The translations under genes were made by a program, and so were the position numbers. A stretch of DNA of 64,000 nt from a virus. Positions 37,465 through 47,196 of this stretch are shown one piece after another (within the stretch, counting starts at the first letter, position 1; every line of letters starts with the position of its first letter). Where the stretch lies: positions 1 to 64,000 of IMG/VR virus record IMGVR_UViG_3300046170_000464; one strand, written 5' to 3'. The notes below the pieces were generated by a model. It was given only the letters and a program-made list of their open reading frames with translations. It was not told the origin of the DNA and made no database searches.

Positions 37465-37583
37465 GGAAGGATCCTCTCGACCACCTGACGTCAGGTAATC
37501 AGAGCGACTTACGTGAGGGCGGAAAACGGTAAAACGCTACCTCAACCTTCCATGGACACAGTGCCGTTTCTTACGCTGTGACC
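37465..37583 (-). ncRNA. Candidate structured cis-regulatory RNA
   Basis: Minus strand three-way junction closed by GGAAGG/CCUUCC, with arms UGAGG/CCUCA and GAUUACCUG/CAGGUGGUC (G-U pairs only on this strand), plus a CACAG/CUGUG hairpin. Confidence 0.45.
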
Positions 37584-37587
37584 AGGG

Positions 37588-38076
37588 TCAGTCTAGTAGT
37601 GCTTGTACCTCTTTATGGAAGGTCGGAGCGTCCTCAATGAGTAACTGGATAAGCTTATCTAGCCTTCCAGAGACGTCAAGGCTTTTTGTGCTGTTCAGAA
37701 TCATCCAATATTTGTGTGCGTTCAGTAAGTAGTATTGTGACTGTTTAGCTTTTAAAGCTTGACATCGCCATTTTTCAAAATCGAAAGTCGACTTATACCT
37801 GCTGCTACCCATCGCACACTCAGACTGCCGGATATCAATCTGTAAATCGATATCAACGATGGTGTACTCAATCGATGAAATTTTTGCTGTGCAGTCTTGA
37901 ATAGAAATTGGAGGTTCGTTATCGCTGTATATCCAAGGCGGAAGATTTGGAATGATATATTCCTCAGCCCAAAGATTAGGTTTAAGCTGCTTGGTTTCCC
38001 CAGTAGAAGGACTCGAGAATGTCTTCGATGTACTGGTTGAAATCGCCATTAGTGCAATAGAGAGTGTGGTGTTCAA
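37588..38076 (-). CDS. Hypothetical coiled-coil protein
   Basis: 162-aa ORF, start uncertain. Confidence 0.6.
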   Translation of the reverse strand: MNTTLSIALMAISTSTSKTFSSPSTGETKQLKPNLWAEEYIIPNLPPWIYSDNEPPISIQDCTAKISSIEYTIVDIDLQIDIRQSECAMGSSRYKSTFDFEKWRCQALKAKQSQYYLLNAHKYWMILNSTKSLDVSGRLDKLIQLLIEDAPTFHKEVQALLD

Positions 38077-38398
38077 ATCGGGTACGGATGACTAAGTCAA
38101 GCTTGCGAAGTTTTTTTAGCTGCTCCCTAGTAGTTGCCTGAGACTGACCCAAAGCCTCAGATAATTCGTTTACGTCTACCGGTTGAAGAGACTGTAACTC
38201 AAAAACTAAAAAGCGCAGCTTTTGTATTTGGTTATATCTTTTTTTATTCTTTGAATCGATCTCTCTGACAGCTCTATAGAGAGCTTCTCTTGCAGCAATT
38301 GCTTGATTGTCCCTGTAGACACCTTTTTTAGGACCAGAACCTCTAGAAATTTCTTGGCTTGATCGGTTAGAGGAGTTCTCGGAGATGAAGTCAGACAT
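37982..38398 (-). CDS. Winged-HTH DNA-binding protein
   Basis: QPVDVNELSEALGQSQATTREQLKKLRKLDLV. Confidence 0.7.
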   Translation of the reverse strand: MSDFISENSSNRSSQEISRGSGPKKGVYRDNQAIAAREALYRAVREIDSKNKKRYNQIQKLRFLVFELQSLQPVDVNELSEALGQSQATTREQLKKLRKLDLVIRTRFEHHTLYCTNGDFNQYIEDILESFYWGNQAA

Positions 38399-38892
38399 AG
38401 ATGGTAAGGATTGATACACTTTGAATTTGAGCAACTGGAGCGCACAGAGTGCTCCTTTTGCACTGGTTTATTCCAGAATTGCGTAAAGATACTTCTACGC
38501 GTCGTAGTGTAGAAAGAATCGTCAGGTCCTCGAAGCTTCCCTCCGTCGCCGGGAAACTCTAAGCATCGCTCTGGGTCTATGCATGCTCGGTTTTGGTTGA
38601 ACCAAGCCCAAAATCGATCGTGCTGAGTCTTAGCACTAAGGATTTCGGATCTACATGCCTCACAAGCGTGTACTCCGTCAAAAGGAAGCTCAACTCTTTC
38701 ATGAGTCGCAAGGGTCAATCGAAAGGGCTCTGACCTGCCGCACCTACACCTCCAGGTAACACACCCAGAAAAGTAAAGGACATCCCAGTGTCCACGGCTT
38801 TTTACCAGTAACGGAGTCTCTGTGGGCTCAGGAGGTTCGAAAGGCTCCAAAAGCCCGAACAGCGCAGCTGCTCGAACGTTTCTTGTGTTCAT
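38206..38892 (-). CDS. Zinc-binding His-Me/HNH endonuclease-like protein with C-terminal HTH
   Basis: WRCRCG, HACEAC, VRSSCSNSKCINPYHL, LSERSIQRIK. Confidence 0.65.
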   Translation of the reverse strand: MNTRNVRAAALFGLLEPFEPPEPTETPLLVKSRGHWDVLYFSGCVTWRCRCGRSEPFRLTLATHERVELPFDGVHACEACRSEILSAKTQHDRFWAWFNQNRACIDPERCLEFPGDGGKLRGPDDSFYTTTRRSIFTQFWNKPVQKEHSVRSSCSNSKCINPYHLCLTSSPRTPLTDQAKKFLEVLVLKKVSTGTIKQLLQEKLSIELSERSIQRIKKDITKYKSCAF

Positions 38893-39240
38893 AGGCGTGT
38901 TGTTGTTTTTATAAACCGAGTGTAGCGCACACAAGTCATGGTTTGTGCAGTATCAACAGATTTTCTAAGTAATCTAACTTTCTTCTTGAGAGTCAGTTTC
39001 TGAAGAAAACGGCGGTTTTTTACAGACGTGTATCTAGTTTTGCCCCAGCGAAAATCAGTCCAAATACCCCTTGTAACCCTATTTTATTTATCTATACGTT
39101 TATATAAATAACTAATTAGACGACAATTACTGAAAATAAAAGCTCTAATAAGGTTTCATTTTGCAAGCACTGTTTCAGACCTCCTGTGGGCAGCAGAACA
39201 AGTTACAATCGTATACAATGTTAAAAAGAACTTGGTAATT

Positions 39241-39402
39241 ATGAAACTCACTCCTGCTCCTGATGCTCCGCCTAGCTCTTGGGAATCACTTCGAAGACAA
39301 GCTGATCTCTTAGGTATACCAGCTTGGAAGCTCGCAGAAGATGCTGCTCGTCATACAGATTCTGAAAAACTAACTTTTTTAGACAGAGTAAATAAACAGT
39401 AG
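39241..39402 (+). CDS. Small hypothetical protein (53 aa)
   Basis: TACAAT lies 21 nt upstream. WESLRRQADLLGIPAWKLAE. Confidence 0.55.
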   Translation: MKLTPAPDAPPSSWESLRRQADLLGIPAWKLAEDAARHTDSEKLTFLDRVNKQ

Positions 39403-39457
39403 AATTTAATTTCTACAAATACTCAGATAGACTGTTATAAGGAGGTGGACTATTTAA

Positions 39458-40808
39458 ATGCCTGAACGTAATAGCCCTGCGTGTCCACTTCACGGCGTTT
39501 TACCCAGGGCACGTGCACCGCACAACTTCTTCGGAATTGTGTCGGTAGTCGATAACCTCATCGAAACCATCAGCGGCGTGGGAACTACTAGCTACACCAG
39601 ATGTCCTTATGGATACCCACCTAACTTCGAAGGTGTAGTAAGGGCACTCGAAGATTTAAACTCCACTGCTAGTGGTATCGAAGCTACTGGAGGATTACTA
39701 GTCCCTGGTTCTGGGATCAGTATTACGACGAGTGGTTTATACAGCATCATTGCAAGTCTCATTACCCAGTCTTTTCCGGGGTCTGGTGTACTTGGTGTTC
39801 CTAGTGGACAAGGAACTCTCTTTGACGTAAATATTCAAGGATTAGGAAATAACGATGTTGAGTACGACGGAAAACTAATTCAAGTTTCTGGCACTAACGA
39901 AGGTGCTGTTGCTGTTGTTAGTGGACTTGTAGGTGGTGACGGAATTACTGTTACGGCTAGTGGTTCAACTGCTGTTGTCAGCACTGACCTTATTGGTCAA
40001 GGATCAGTCGATTTCTCCTACAACGGTGCTCGGGTTGGAGTAATTTCTGGAACTTCTCAACAACTTCTTGTTGCTGGATCTGGAACAAGTGTCAGCCAGA
40101 GTGGAGACTTCCAGGTTGTTGATATCGGAATTATTGGGGACACCGGTATTGGTGCTAGTTACTCCGGATCGTTTGTCTCTCTCGAAAGTCTGTTAGTTGC
40201 TGGTTCTGGTTCTGCTGTAAGAACAAGCGGCGATTATCAACAGATCGACGTTGGATCTCTACCAGGAACCAACGTAACAATCGGTTACTCGGGATCCTTT
40301 ATTAAGTACAACAGCACTGCTGAAGCAGGTGCCGCTGTGGTTACGATTTCGGGTGACCCTGGAAGTAACTTCGTCGGCGGTTCTCTTTGGTTCGACACTA
40401 ACGAAGGTCGCCTCTTCGTTTATGCGTCTGGAAATAACGTTACCAAACCTGATTGGTATATCGCTAACGCTGAAGCTCTAGCAATTAAGAGCGAAGTTCC
40501 TCCTTCTGGCACAGGCGGACTCAACTCTCCTCCAAGAGATGGAACCATTTGGTTCAACAACCTCATGGGTTCGCTGTTCGTTTACGACGCTGCTACAAGC
40601 GGTTGGTACGAATCCGCTCCTTCTCGTACTCCTTCTTACGGAGATGTACCTCCTGTCAATGCAGTAACAGGCGCTCAGTGGACCTGATTCTCGTAACAAT
40701 GTCATTCACGTTTGGGATGGCTCTGCTTGGGATAACGTCATTGCGAGCGGCAATTCTCCAGGTATGTCTCAAGGTGACGTTATTGGTCTAATCATGGGTC
40801 TGAGCTAA
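39458..40808 (+). CDS. Tail fibre-like protein, SG-rich (+1 frameshift near 40684)
   Basis: GGAGG RBS. G.GI.V beta repeats, G.LWFDT..GRLFVY modules. Continues QWTDSRNN...QGDVIGLIMGLS if one C is removed. Confidence 0.75.
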
Positions 40809-40832
40809 TATTCTCAGATAATTCCTCTAAAG

Positions 40833-40952
40833 ATGACAAAACCTAGGACTGAAAATCAAATCGAAGCAAAACCAAAACGTACTAAACAGGGCAATGGGCG
40901 TCACTCGAAACCTTCGCACGGGCGTAAGCCCTATAAAGGTCAAGGCAAGTAA
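40833..40952 (+). CDS. Small basic cyanophage protein (39 aa)
   Basis: PKRTKQGNGRHSK...KPYKGQGK. Confidence 0.7.
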   Translation: MTKPRTENQIEAKPKRTKQGNGRHSKPSHGRKPYKGQGK

Positions 40953-40977
40953 ACTTATATAAGAATCTGGTAGAAAC

Positions 40978-41373
40978 GTGCTCTTATCTTTTCGTGCTGG
41001 TGAAAACATCGCTCTAGGTGATGCAGTAGCTGTAGATATGAGCACTTCTGGCTATATCCGTACAGCTAGATCCTCTGGAGACCTCGATGAAGCAAACACG
41101 ATTGGTGTTTCTGTCGACGATGTGAGTACTGGGACACTTTGCCGTGTGGTTACCGACGCACAAGCAGTTGTTTATTCGGGTTTGATTCCTGGTACTAGAT
41201 ATTTTGTGAGTGCAAGCGGGGGAAAAGTCGTTGATTACCCAACCTATGTAGCTGGTTTCGATCAGTTGGGAGCTTCTGGAGCTTATTTAGTAGAACTAGG
41301 AACAGCAATTAGTACTGGTTCACTTAGAATTTGTCCTCAACAACCTCGATACGTTGTTAGTGGATACCTTTGA
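40978..41373 (+). CDS. Virion protein (capsid cement/DUF2190-like fold)
   Basis: AGENIALGDAV...IGV...GLIPGTRYFVS. Confidence 0.6.
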   Translation: MLLSFRAGENIALGDAVAVDMSTSGYIRTARSSGDLDEANTIGVSVDDVSTGTLCRVVTDAQAVVYSGLIPGTRYFVSASGGKVVDYPTYVAGFDQLGASGAYLVELGTAISTGSLRICPQQPRYVVSGYL

Positions 41374-41412
41374 AAAAGTGTAGAATAAAGCGTAAGTATC
41401 TGGTTGTGATCG

Positions 41413-41928
41413 GTGCCGAACAGATCGATATTCAACCGCAATTACACAAGTTATCAAGCTGACGGTACAACTGTATACCTAGCTAATGGTCAGGGAGTTG
41501 TCACAAACCCTGCTCCTGAGGCTACTTTGACAGCTGGCGCTAACTTAATTGCGGGAGATATGGTTTCCGCTAGTGGTGCTTTTGCAGTACCTGCTATCGC
41601 TCTTAGTGGTGTAAACGCTTATCAGTTTTCTCCAATTGGTTTTGCCGGAGAAGCGGCAACCCAAGGTTCAGACGTTGTGGTAAATCTAGATGGAGTGATT
41701 GGCTTAACTTCAGCAAATATCACTGCAGACACAGCTCTTATTCCCGGAGAATATTATTATTTATCTAAATTTGAAGGAGAAGTTGTAAGGTTCACCACAA
41801 CTTCGGGGACTGTCACAGGTTCCGGATCTAATGCATATCAAGCTGCGACAAGTGTTGGGCTAGCTATTACATCTACACAACTAAGTGTGGAAATTTCTCC
41901 ACCAGTTCTTCTTTATACTGGAGGGTAA
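41413..41928 (+). CDS. Virion protein, paralogous to 40978-41373
   Basis: AGANLIAGDMV...IGF...LIPGEYYYLS...VGLAIT. Confidence 0.6.
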   Translation: MPNRSIFNRNYTSYQADGTTVYLANGQGVVTNPAPEATLTAGANLIAGDMVSASGAFAVPAIALSGVNAYQFSPIGFAGEAATQGSDVVVNLDGVIGLTSANITADTALIPGEYYYLSKFEGEVVRFTTTSGTVTGSGSNAYQAATSVGLAITSTQLSVEISPPVLLYTGG

Positions 41929-41939
41929 AGAGTTAAATC

Positions 41940-43452
41940 ATGGTAGTCCGCAGGCCGGTAGTTTTAGTTAGCGGTGCTCTCGCCGAGCTACCTTTTGGTG
42001 ACAGTATTATCACCTCTGCTTCTGGCGGTCTTCTTACCGCAGGCAGTGGTTTAGTAGGTGGCGGTAATACAGATTCCACTATTCGTTTAGATGTAGCTTT
42101 TACAGCTCAACCAAGTGGTCTTATTTATGTAGGAAACGAGATTTCCGTCGATGGTGTTGCGCTTAAACGTTCTACAGACGCATTGGCCTCAGGCAATGCT
42201 GCCTTTATTAGATTCTACGAATGCATTAGCCTCCGGAAATGCAGCTTTATCTAATGCAGCCGTAGCTTTATCTTCTGGTAATGCTGGTCTAACAGAGGCT
42301 GCTATTGCGATTGCCTCTGGAAATGCAGCTTTAGAAGTTGCTGAGACAGCACTAAGTTCTGGTAATTCTTCTCTTCAGCTTGGCGAATACGCACTTGCTT
42401 CAGGAAATGCTGCCTTAGCAGACGCTGCTACTTCTCTTGCTTCTGGTAACGCGGCACTGCTTTTATCTGAAGAAGCACTTGCTTCAGGTAATGCAGCATT
42501 AATCACCAACGTTCGTGCGCTTGCCTCGGGTAACGCAGCTCTGGAAGACGCTAATACAGCGTTGGCCTCTGGAAACGCAGGTCTTGCAGATGCTGTGGTA
42601 GCCGTTGTTTCTGGCAACGCATCTTTAACAGTTTCTGTCTCAGCTTTAGCTTCTGGTAATGCCGCATTAATAGATTCTGAGCAAGCTTTATCTTCTGGTA
42701 TTGCTGCCGTTTCTCTAGCAAACTCAGCTCTTGCCTCTGGTAATGCGGGCTTAGCTGATTCTGCTGTTGCTCTTGCTTCAGGAAATGCTGCCCTCGTCGA
42801 CTCCGCTGTCGCTCTTGCTTCAGGCAATGCAGCAGTCGTTCTTTCAAACACAGCTTTAGCTTCTGGTCAGGCTTCTCTAAACCTGGCAAACGTCGCACTT
42901 GCGTCGGGTAATGCCGGTTTAGCTGTAGCTGAATCTGCTGCTGTATCTGGCAACGCGGCGATCAGTGTTTCTTTAAACGCACTTGCCTCTGGTAATGCTG
43001 GTCTGGCTGTAGCAGTACAAGCACAAGCTTCAGGTAACGCTGCTCTAGAAGATTTAGCAGGAGCTGCTGCTTCCGGTAATGCAGGTATCGCTCTTGCACT
43101 TGCAGCCCAAGCTTCCGGCAATGCAGCCATTTCAGACGGGATCGTTGCTTTAGCTTCCGGTAACGCTGGATTAGTTCTTGCTGCTGCCGCTGCTGCATCT
43201 GGTAACGCCGCAATCAGCGATTCAGCTATTGCTCAAGCTTCTGGCAACGCTGCCCTTGTGGTAGCTAATACTTCTCTAGCTTCAGGTAACGCAGCATTAT
43301 CAGTTTCTAGTACTGCACTAGCTTCTGGTAATGCTGGTTTGGTCATCGTGCCTGTAGCGCAAGCTTCTGGCAATGCCGCTCTCGCAGCTTATGCGGCGAA
43401 CCCAGGCTTAAGTCAGGGCGCTGCAATCGGCTTAATTATCGCGCTTTCGTAA
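41940..43452 (+). CDS. Coiled-coil fibre protein with 14-aa ASGNAA repeats (+1 frameshift near 42205)
   Basis: ORFs 41940-42254 and 42151-43452 fuse in repeat register. Ends QGAAIGLIIALS. Confidence 0.75.
42174..43392 (+). repeat. About 29 tandem 42-nt (14-aa) coding repeats, consensus xxALASGNAALxxA
   Basis: Counted in the translation. DNA core GCnTCnGGnAAyGC with synonymous divergence. Confidence 0.95.
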
Positions 43453-43453
43453 A

Positions 43454-44964
43454 ATGACTCTGCGTAGAGGTCTCGTTTATTCCGGCGGTTTTATTGCCGA
43501 AAGCCATGACGATGACGTCATCCCAATTACTGGTGACTTAATCGCAGGTAGCGGCCTCGGTGGTCGTATTTTTACGCTCGGTCTAGCTAATTTTGTTCAA
43601 ACTGATTTACCTGTAAATCCTTCTGGACTTTTATACACAGCTGACGGAAAACTAGGACTTGACGGTGCCGATTTAACTTTAGGTCTCACTGCAATTGCCT
43701 CTGGTAGTGCCGCTGTTTCTCTTGCAGTTACTGCCTTAGCTTCTGGAGAAGGAGCAGTCATTGAAGTCTGCCGAAGCTCAGGCTTCAGGTAACGCTTCTA
43801 TTGCTACTTCTTTAAGTGCTCAAAGTATCGCAAACAACGCTTTAGCTTCTGGTTTCGAAGCTCAGGCATCTGGTGATGCAAGTTTATCTCTCAACACTGA
43901 AGCACTTGCATCTGGTATAGATGCTCTTGTTGATACTGCAGTCGCTACATCTTCTGGGCAACAAGGACTAGTCAAAGCAAATATTGCAGCTGCTTCTGGA
44001 TTTGCAGCAGAGTTCAGAGCAAGTTCAGCTCAGGCTTCTGGCAACGCTGCTTTATTTAATAATCAGTCTGCAATCGCTTCTGGATCAAGTGCGGTTGTAA
44101 ATTCAGCGTCTGCTATAGCTTCTGGTGCTGCGTCTGTTCAAGTAAGTGCGGTAGCAATTGCTTCTGGAACTGCAGCGATTATTGACTCATCAATTGCTTT
44201 AGCTTCTGGTAATGCAGCTTTAGCCGACTCTTCAATTGCGTTTGCGTCTGGTAGTGCCGCATCTACTGCAGCTACTGAGGCACTGGCTTCGGGAAACGCA
44301 GCAGTTGTTCAAGCAAATCAAGCTACTTCCTCAGGTAATTTTGCTCTCGCTAACAGTGTCGAGGCTTTAGATAGAGCTTCTGATGCAGTTGTCAAATCAA
44401 TCTTTGCTATTTTTCTGCACGACGAAGCAGTTGAAACCTCAGACACAGCCATTGCTTCGGGGTTAGCTGGTGAAGCTATTGCACCGACGGCTATTGCTTC
44501 CGGTGATGCCGTTCATGCTCCTGCTGCAGTTGCTTTGGCTTCCGGAAATGCAGCCTTAGCTCTTATTCCTGAGATTACTGCTTCTGGTAACTCTTCTATA
44601 ACAGTTGCTCTTGTAGCCGAGGCTTCAGGTAACGCAGCGCTATCTCTTTCTTTCAAGGCCAAAGCATCTGGTGATGCAAGTATCTCAGAATCACTTACTT
44701 CCATATCCGTTGCTAACACTGCAATTGTCAGTGGTGTGGCAGCAATTGCTACGTCTGCTACAGCAACGACTAGTGGTGTCTTATCAGTTACTCAAGCCGA
44801 TAGAGCGATTGTTTCTGGAGTCAGAAGCCCAAGCTTCTGGTAACGCTTTAATCTTCGACGGTAACCAAGCACTTGCTTCTGGTAACGCTGCTTTGACTTT
44901 GATCATAAATAATCCTCCAGTAGACCAAGAACAGATGATCGGATTAATAATGGCGCTCTCTTAA
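43454..44964 (+). CDS. Second coiled-coil ASG-repeat fibre protein (+1 frameshifts near 43765 and 44823)
   Basis: Three ORFs fuse. N-terminus paralogous to 41940. Ends EQMIGLIMALS. Confidence 0.7.
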
Positions 44965-45018
44965 ATATTTCTAGCTAATCAGCTATAATTAATTTATCTA
45001 CGGCCACCTGGAAGTCGA

Positions 45019-45339
45019 ATGGCTACCTTCTATAACAAAGTTGTTAAAAATGTAGATACGGGGAAGATTGCAGTATTTCAATCTACTTCTGACAGCACGA
45101 TCGTCTTGAGTATTCTCGTTGCAAATACCACCGGTTCTACTTCTGCTGATGTAACTGTACAGCAAGACAATTCAGCAAATGGTCTAGAAGCTTACTTAGC
45201 TCGTACAATTCCTGTACCAGCTCAAAGTAATCTTGATGTAATTTCAAACAAGTTTATTATTCCTAGCGGCAAAAAAATAGCTGTTCAATCTACAGTTAGT
45301 GGAAGTATGGATACGATCGTCTCTTATGTAGAGGTCTAA
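45019..45339 (+). CDS. Small virion protein
   Basis: TIVLSILVAN...VPA.S.L....KFII.SG...SYVE, a common marine phage fibre-associated pattern. Confidence 0.7.
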   Translation: MATFYNKVVKNVDTGKIAVFQSTSDSTIVLSILVANTTGSTSADVTVQQDNSANGLEAYLARTIPVPAQSNLDVISNKFIIPSGKKIAVQSTVSGSMDTIVSYVEV

Positions 45340-45341
45340 AA

Positions 45342-46127
45342 ATGGAAATTAAAAATTGGACTTCTGCTTTATTTACTAAAGAAGGCAGTGACCCAGCTTA
45401 TCTTCCAGAAATTTTTTTCTTACCTGACGGTGACGCTAGGCGTAGTAAATCATGTTTATTAAGTGATATAACAGCAGCTGGGTACATTGGACCTATCGAT
45501 CAACCTCCATTTTCTTCTGTAGGTCAGATAGTAACTTGGGATAGTGTTAATTCAAACTGGGTTGTAACTACAGTTAGTTCTACCGTTGACCCTGATTTTG
45601 AAAATAGTGAGGTTGTTCAGTATTTAAGTTCAGAACTTCGACTTTCTACTGTCGTCACGGATGGAAAACTTTCTCCTTCCTCCAAAAGAGAGCTGTGGTT
45701 GTATCAGGGTAAAATTCGTGAGTTATTAGCAGATAAGGCTGCTGAAGGAGGTAAAATCTCTTGGGGTGAAACACCCTTACGTCCTGAGTCGTTAGTTAGT
45801 TTGTCATTTGCTCAAGAACGAGCAGAAAATTTTATAAACATCGAGCCACAATCTCGAACAGATTATGAAGATTATGGTTTAATTTTTGTTCCTTCTGGTG
45901 TTGAAGCTGAACTTTTACCTTCAATCCCAGCTGATTGGACAAAAGGTTCGGGGTCTCTTCCAAAAGATTTAGTTAATAGAAATTATTTTATCCCAGAAAA
46001 TTACTGCATTTCTGATGCTGATTTTAATATTTCCGGTTACTACTATGTTGAAGAATCTAGTGTTTATAGCGATAGAGTAGCTGCTACGATAGAGCAGAAT
46101 CGTCTAGATAAAGCACCCGGAGCTTAA
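45342..46127 (+). CDS. Putative tail fibre assembly protein
   Basis: AAGYIGP...P...Q.V.WD....WVV motif, adjacent to fibre genes. Confidence 0.55.
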   Translation: MEIKNWTSALFTKEGSDPAYLPEIFFLPDGDARRSKSCLLSDITAAGYIGPIDQPPFSSVGQIVTWDSVNSNWVVTTVSSTVDPDFENSEVVQYLSSELRLSTVVTDGKLSPSSKRELWLYQGKIRELLADKAAEGGKISWGETPLRPESLVSLSFAQERAENFINIEPQSRTDYEDYGLIFVPSGVEAELLPSIPADWTKGSGSLPKDLVNRNYFIPENYCISDADFNISGYYYVEESSVYSDRVAATIEQNRLDKAPGA

Positions 46128-46129
46128 AT

Positions 46130-47194
46130 ATGGCAGGCGGTAACAGAAAAATTGGCGGTGCCACCGGTAATACCCCTTTTCCTACAGACAGTACGGGTAA
46201 AGGTTCTTGGTCCAGAGAAGAACAATATCGTTTTAAATTACGGGGGGAGTGGCCTGTTTTTCCTGTTGGAGAAATTGGTTTAAATACAGGAGAATACTTT
46301 TATGCTATTTCTAGTGGTGTAGTAACTGGTAGTGGTACTGAATTTATACCCGCTCATGGAGCTAACGTTTCAAGAACAACTGCTGAACCTCTTTTCCAAG
46401 TAATTGGTACAAATTTTGGTATTGGAGATGGAGCTGCTAATTTTGGGGTTCCTGATGTAAGTGATGATCTGGGTTATTTAAAACCAGATATTAATGTTGT
46501 CTCAGGGACTTATTCTTCTGGCACTTTGCCTCAGCATACTCACCAATTTTTTAAACCTCAATCTAATACACCGCGAAGACTTGACTATCGAGCTAACGAG
46601 ACTCAGGCTTCTGGTTGGTGGAGTAGCTATGACGGATCTCTTAACAACGGACGTTTTAAAGAAACTGTTTGTTGTATAACTAATACTGAGATGGATTACC
46701 CAGTGGGCTCCATTATTCAGATTATGTTACCTTGTTCACCAACACTTATTGCGACTCTTCTTCCTGACAACGTTGTCATTGCTAGTGGTCAGCCGATCAG
46801 TCGAACTACATACTCTAACTTATTTGGAAAAATTGGAACTGATTACGGTGTAGGAAACGGATCTACAACGTTTAATATTCCAGATTATCGAGGCGTCTTC
46901 ATCCGTGGTATACAAGGATCTGACGGAGGACTACGAATACAGCCTTCTGGAGCAATCACGGGTAGTGGATATTTTGAGTCTGATTTTCATAGACATAGGC
47001 ATAGAATTAACCAAACTTTATTTATCAACATCGTACAACAACAAACTCTTGACGGAGGCGCACCTATCGATCCTTTCGGAGAAGCTTATGGCCCTCCATC
47101 TTCATTAGCATCAAATATTGGTGGTGCAGTTGAAAATAGACCACCTAATATAACAGCATTGAACTGTGTTGTTATTGACACTTTCGCTATTTAA
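46130..47194 (+). CDS. Tail fibre protein with two tail-collar domains
   Basis: GANVSRT...LFQVIGT.FG.GDG..NFGVPD and GQPISRTTYSNLF..IGT.YG.GNGSTTFNIPDYRGVFIRG. HxH motifs and ENRPPN. Confidence 0.9.
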   Translation: MAGGNRKIGGATGNTPFPTDSTGKGSWSREEQYRFKLRGEWPVFPVGEIGLNTGEYFYAISSGVVTGSGTEFIPAHGANVSRTTAEPLFQVIGTNFGIGDGAANFGVPDVSDDLGYLKPDINVVSGTYSSGTLPQHTHQFFKPQSNTPRRLDYRANETQASGWWSSYDGSLNNGRFKETVCCITNTEMDYPVGSIIQIMLPCSPTLIATLLPDNVVIASGQPISRTTYSNLFGKIGTDYGVGNGSTTFNIPDYRGVFIRGIQGSDGGLRIQPSGAITGSGYFESDFHRHRHRINQTLFINIVQQQTLDGGAPIDPFGEAYGPPSSLASNIGGAVENRPPNITALNCVVIDTFAI

Positions 47195-47196
47195 CT

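Noticed and set aside
38935-39240. Replication origin in the AT-rich divergent gap
   Set aside because: AT-rich, but no iterons or DnaA boxes recognised. Divergent promoters explain it equally well.
42375-43213. Antisense ORFs with ALPEA repeats
   Set aside because: Shadows of the sense-strand ASGNAA repeat.
42174-44900. Regular 42-nt periodicity as a CRISPR array or DNA-level repeat element
   Set aside because: Units vary at synonymous positions and sit in frame within a protein. There is no invariant repeat with unique spacers, and no cas genes.
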